From assembly GCA_963770835.1 (NCBI GenBank), contig CAVYRH010000002.1, forward strand, positions 160,001 through 224,000: DNA of 64,000 nt, in the 5' to 3' direction. Positions within the stretch are counted from its first letter, which is position 1, and each line of letters begins with the position of its first letter. The stretch comes from an uncultured Pseudomonadota bacterium. GTDB taxonomy: Bacteria; Oederibacteriota; Muellerivitia; Muellerivitales; Muellerivitaceae. Under the pieces are notes generated by a model that saw only the letters and a program-made list of their open reading frames with translations, ran no database searches and had not been told where the DNA came from. This document shows positions 62,192 through 64,000 of the stretch, piece by piece. Both the position numbers and the translations under genes were made by a program.

Positions 62192-63432
62192 GGGATAGCT
62201 TCCATCAGCGTATTGGTATCGTCCTGGACATAGTAGAAACCCGTGCCATCCGGCGTCATGGCCAAGCCAAAGAGATCTCCGTTACCCGGTGGGGTCTGGG
62301 CCTGATCGGGGTCGATCCACTGCGCGTAGATCTGTTGGCCCGTGATCGGGTCCACTTCCACGGCCTTGCCGTCCTTGCCGTTACAAACCAACAAATGGCC
62401 CTCGGGGGTCATGACCATCGCGAGAGGCCAAACCAATTGCCCGTTTTGAGTGACGACTTTTCCCGTACCGGCGCTATCCGCGCGGGTAGCCGGGTCTGAA
62501 ATAGCCGCGATGAGATTGTCCAAGCCGTCGGTCACATAAAGGGTTTTCTGGTCCTGTGAAAGCACCAAGCCCGTGGGGCCAAACAGGAAATTGTCCCGGT
62601 CCGCGCGTTGCGAAAAGCCGCTCCCAATAACGGTCTGATCAACCAACACGGGAGGCTTGCCTTCTTCGATGGATAGCTTGAGCCGCAAAACGGTTGAACT
62701 GTGCAAAATAGGCGGATAGCCTGTCTTGGGATCGGTCACATCAGGCCCGGGCACATCAAACCCAGCCATGCTGATGAACAACACTGCGCTGTCGCCGTTA
62801 TCGATCACCGCCATGTCACCCCAGGGACCATTGATGTTCTTGTCGGTCCAAACCGAAACCAAATGGCCATTCGCATCCAGGACCAAAAGGCAGCCGTCCC
62901 CTTTGGTCTTGGTCGTTCCATCCGTGCTGGGCATACTGCCCACGATGACCCAACCGCTCTTGAGCATGGCCATCGCAGTCGTCAAACCCACGCCTACTGG
63001 GCTTTGAGGCAGTTTTTGAGGGATCGTCGCGAAGAGGGTCATTTTTTTAGTCGAGGGCCGGTAGTCCATCAATGTCGTGCCGGTACCTTGCAGGTTGGAA
63101 ATGGAATTAAAGTTAGAGATGAGAACATCACCCTTTTCAATAATTCCCGCCGAGACTGGCGCCACGATGACAGCGTAAGGATTCACATCCCCGTTATCCG
63201 GAATGGTGGAACCCAGGGTAATGTGCTTATGAAGGGTTTCTAAGAACCCCTTTCGGCCATTGGCCTGAACGGTCGGTGGGAGCCCGGAGGGTAGGACGGT
63301 TGGCGTGGATTGGGAGGCCGCATCCGAACCATAATCCCCCCCGTCACCTGAGCTTCTGGACGCCGACATGGAAGGCGCCGTCACAAGGGCTCCAATCAAT
63401 AAAAAGAATGTGGTGGTTTTTTTCAGTTTCAT
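62188..63432 (-). CDS. Secreted beta-propeller (NHL-like) protein
   Basis: Signal peptide; NGDVNPY, INGPWGD, GPTGL, LFGLA repeats. Confidence 0.75.
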   Translation of the reverse strand: MKLKKTTTFFLLIGALVTAPSMSASRSSGDGGDYGSDAASQSTPTVLPSGLPPTVQANGRKGFLETLHKHITLGSTIPDNGDVNPYAVIVAPVSAGIIEKGDVLISNFNSISNLQGTGTTLMDYRPSTKKMTLFATIPQKLPQSPVGVGLTTAMAMLKSGWVIVGSMPSTDGTTKTKGDGCLLVLDANGHLVSVWTDKNINGPWGDMAVIDNGDSAVLFISMAGFDVPGPDVTDPKTGYPPILHSSTVLRLKLSIEEGKPPVLVDQTVIGSGFSQRADRDNFLFGPTGLVLSQDQKTLYVTDGLDNLIAAISDPATRADSAGTGKVVTQNGQLVWPLAMVMTPEGHLLVCNGKDGKAVEVDPITGQQIYAQWIDPDQAQTPPGNGDLFGLAMTPDGTGFYYVQDDTNTLMEAIP

Positions 63433-63458
63433 TTTTTCTCCTTTTTTTATACTTCGGA

Positions 63459-64000
63459 TCACAATTGCAAAATACTGCGAACACCCACAACTAATTCATT
63501 GTTGATGAGTTGTCCCGGCGCGTTGGGGTTTTCTATGCCGCCCGCCGGGTTAAAAATGTACTGTAGATCGGGCTGAAGCTGGAACCACGTAAAGACAAAA
63601 TATTGATAGGTTGCTTCAATAAATGCCTCACCCGAAGGCTGCGGGTTAAAGGTGCCTGGATTAAAAGAACCCGTATCCGACGCCAAACCTGCCAATGCGG
63701 GGCTGAGATGGGCATAGCCCATTCCCAGTCCAAAAACATCGTCAGTGCGATAAGTAAATGGGTCTTTGAGTATTAAGCAAAAGTTCGCGCTGAAATCCAC
63801 AGAGTTTCTGTCCGAGGGAGCCCACATGGCGCGTGCGAATAAACTTAAAGTACGGTTCGGATCTTTACCACTGCGCCAGATCATTTGATCACCCACCCCA
63901 TAGATGGAGTAATCGCCAGCATGATTTTGCGGATTGCCGTCGCTGTTGGGGTCGGCCAAAGACAAACCCTGGTCATCGTAGCGCAAGTCCGCGAAATTCT
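63459..64000 (-). CDS. OprB-family porin, C-terminal part
   Basis: YGVGDQMIW, EATYQY, LQPDLQYIFNPAGG, VVGVRS. Confidence 0.85.
   Translation of the reverse strand, partial: NFADLRYDDQGLSLADPNSDGNPQNHAGDYSIYGVGDQMIWRSGKDPNRTLSLFARAMWAPSDRNSVDFSANFCLILKDPFTYRTDDVFGLGMGYAHLSPALAGLASDTGSFNPGTFNPQPSGEAFIEATYQYFVFTWFQLQPDLQYIFNPAGGIENPNAPGQLINNELVVGVRSILQL

Overview
Bacterial chromosome segment, probably from a diderm (it carries an OprB porin) and probably a long-read assembly (1-nt homopolymer frameshifts in essential thrS and rpmI). 1-10.2 kb is housekeeping: pheS (partial), trmH-like, rplT-rpmI-infC with an L20 leader, thrS, tRNA-Val, ppa, rmlCAB, DUF4301, tRNA-Cys and tRNA-Gly. 10229-42207 is a ~32-kb ICE-like island bounded by a 37-bp duplication of the 5' half of tRNA-Gly(GCC). 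It encodes a tyrosine integrase, two Xis-like HTH proteins, a SpoVG-like protein, a TPR-GGDEF diguanylate cyclase and a minimal VirB2/3/4/6/8-like T4SS with no visible relaxase, VirD4 or VirB9/10. It also carries leading-region genes and a ~900-nt highly palindromic non-coding tract. The most notable part is the cargo end (33.1-40.7 kb), where toxin-antitoxin/GNAT modules are each delimited by the same 32-bp palindrome (GTTGTCCACGACGGG-GA-CCCTTCGTGGACAAC, 15-2-15). The palindrome is not an attC site. Two different group II introns have inserted into copies of it at different positions, each with a complementary EBS1. This looks like an undescribed integron-like cassette system parasitised by site-specific introns. 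An IS1111-type element sits inside one intron, and IS3 and IS30 elements flank the array. After host genes (ExeA-like ATPase, TPR protein, tag, TMEM175, ABC exporter, PilZ), a second island starts at a tRNA-Leu 3' remnant (50190). It carries an integrase, thiO, modCBA-mop-modA with a duplicated integrase stub, katG, and an NRAMP/Dyp/secreted protein/OprB cluster running off the window.
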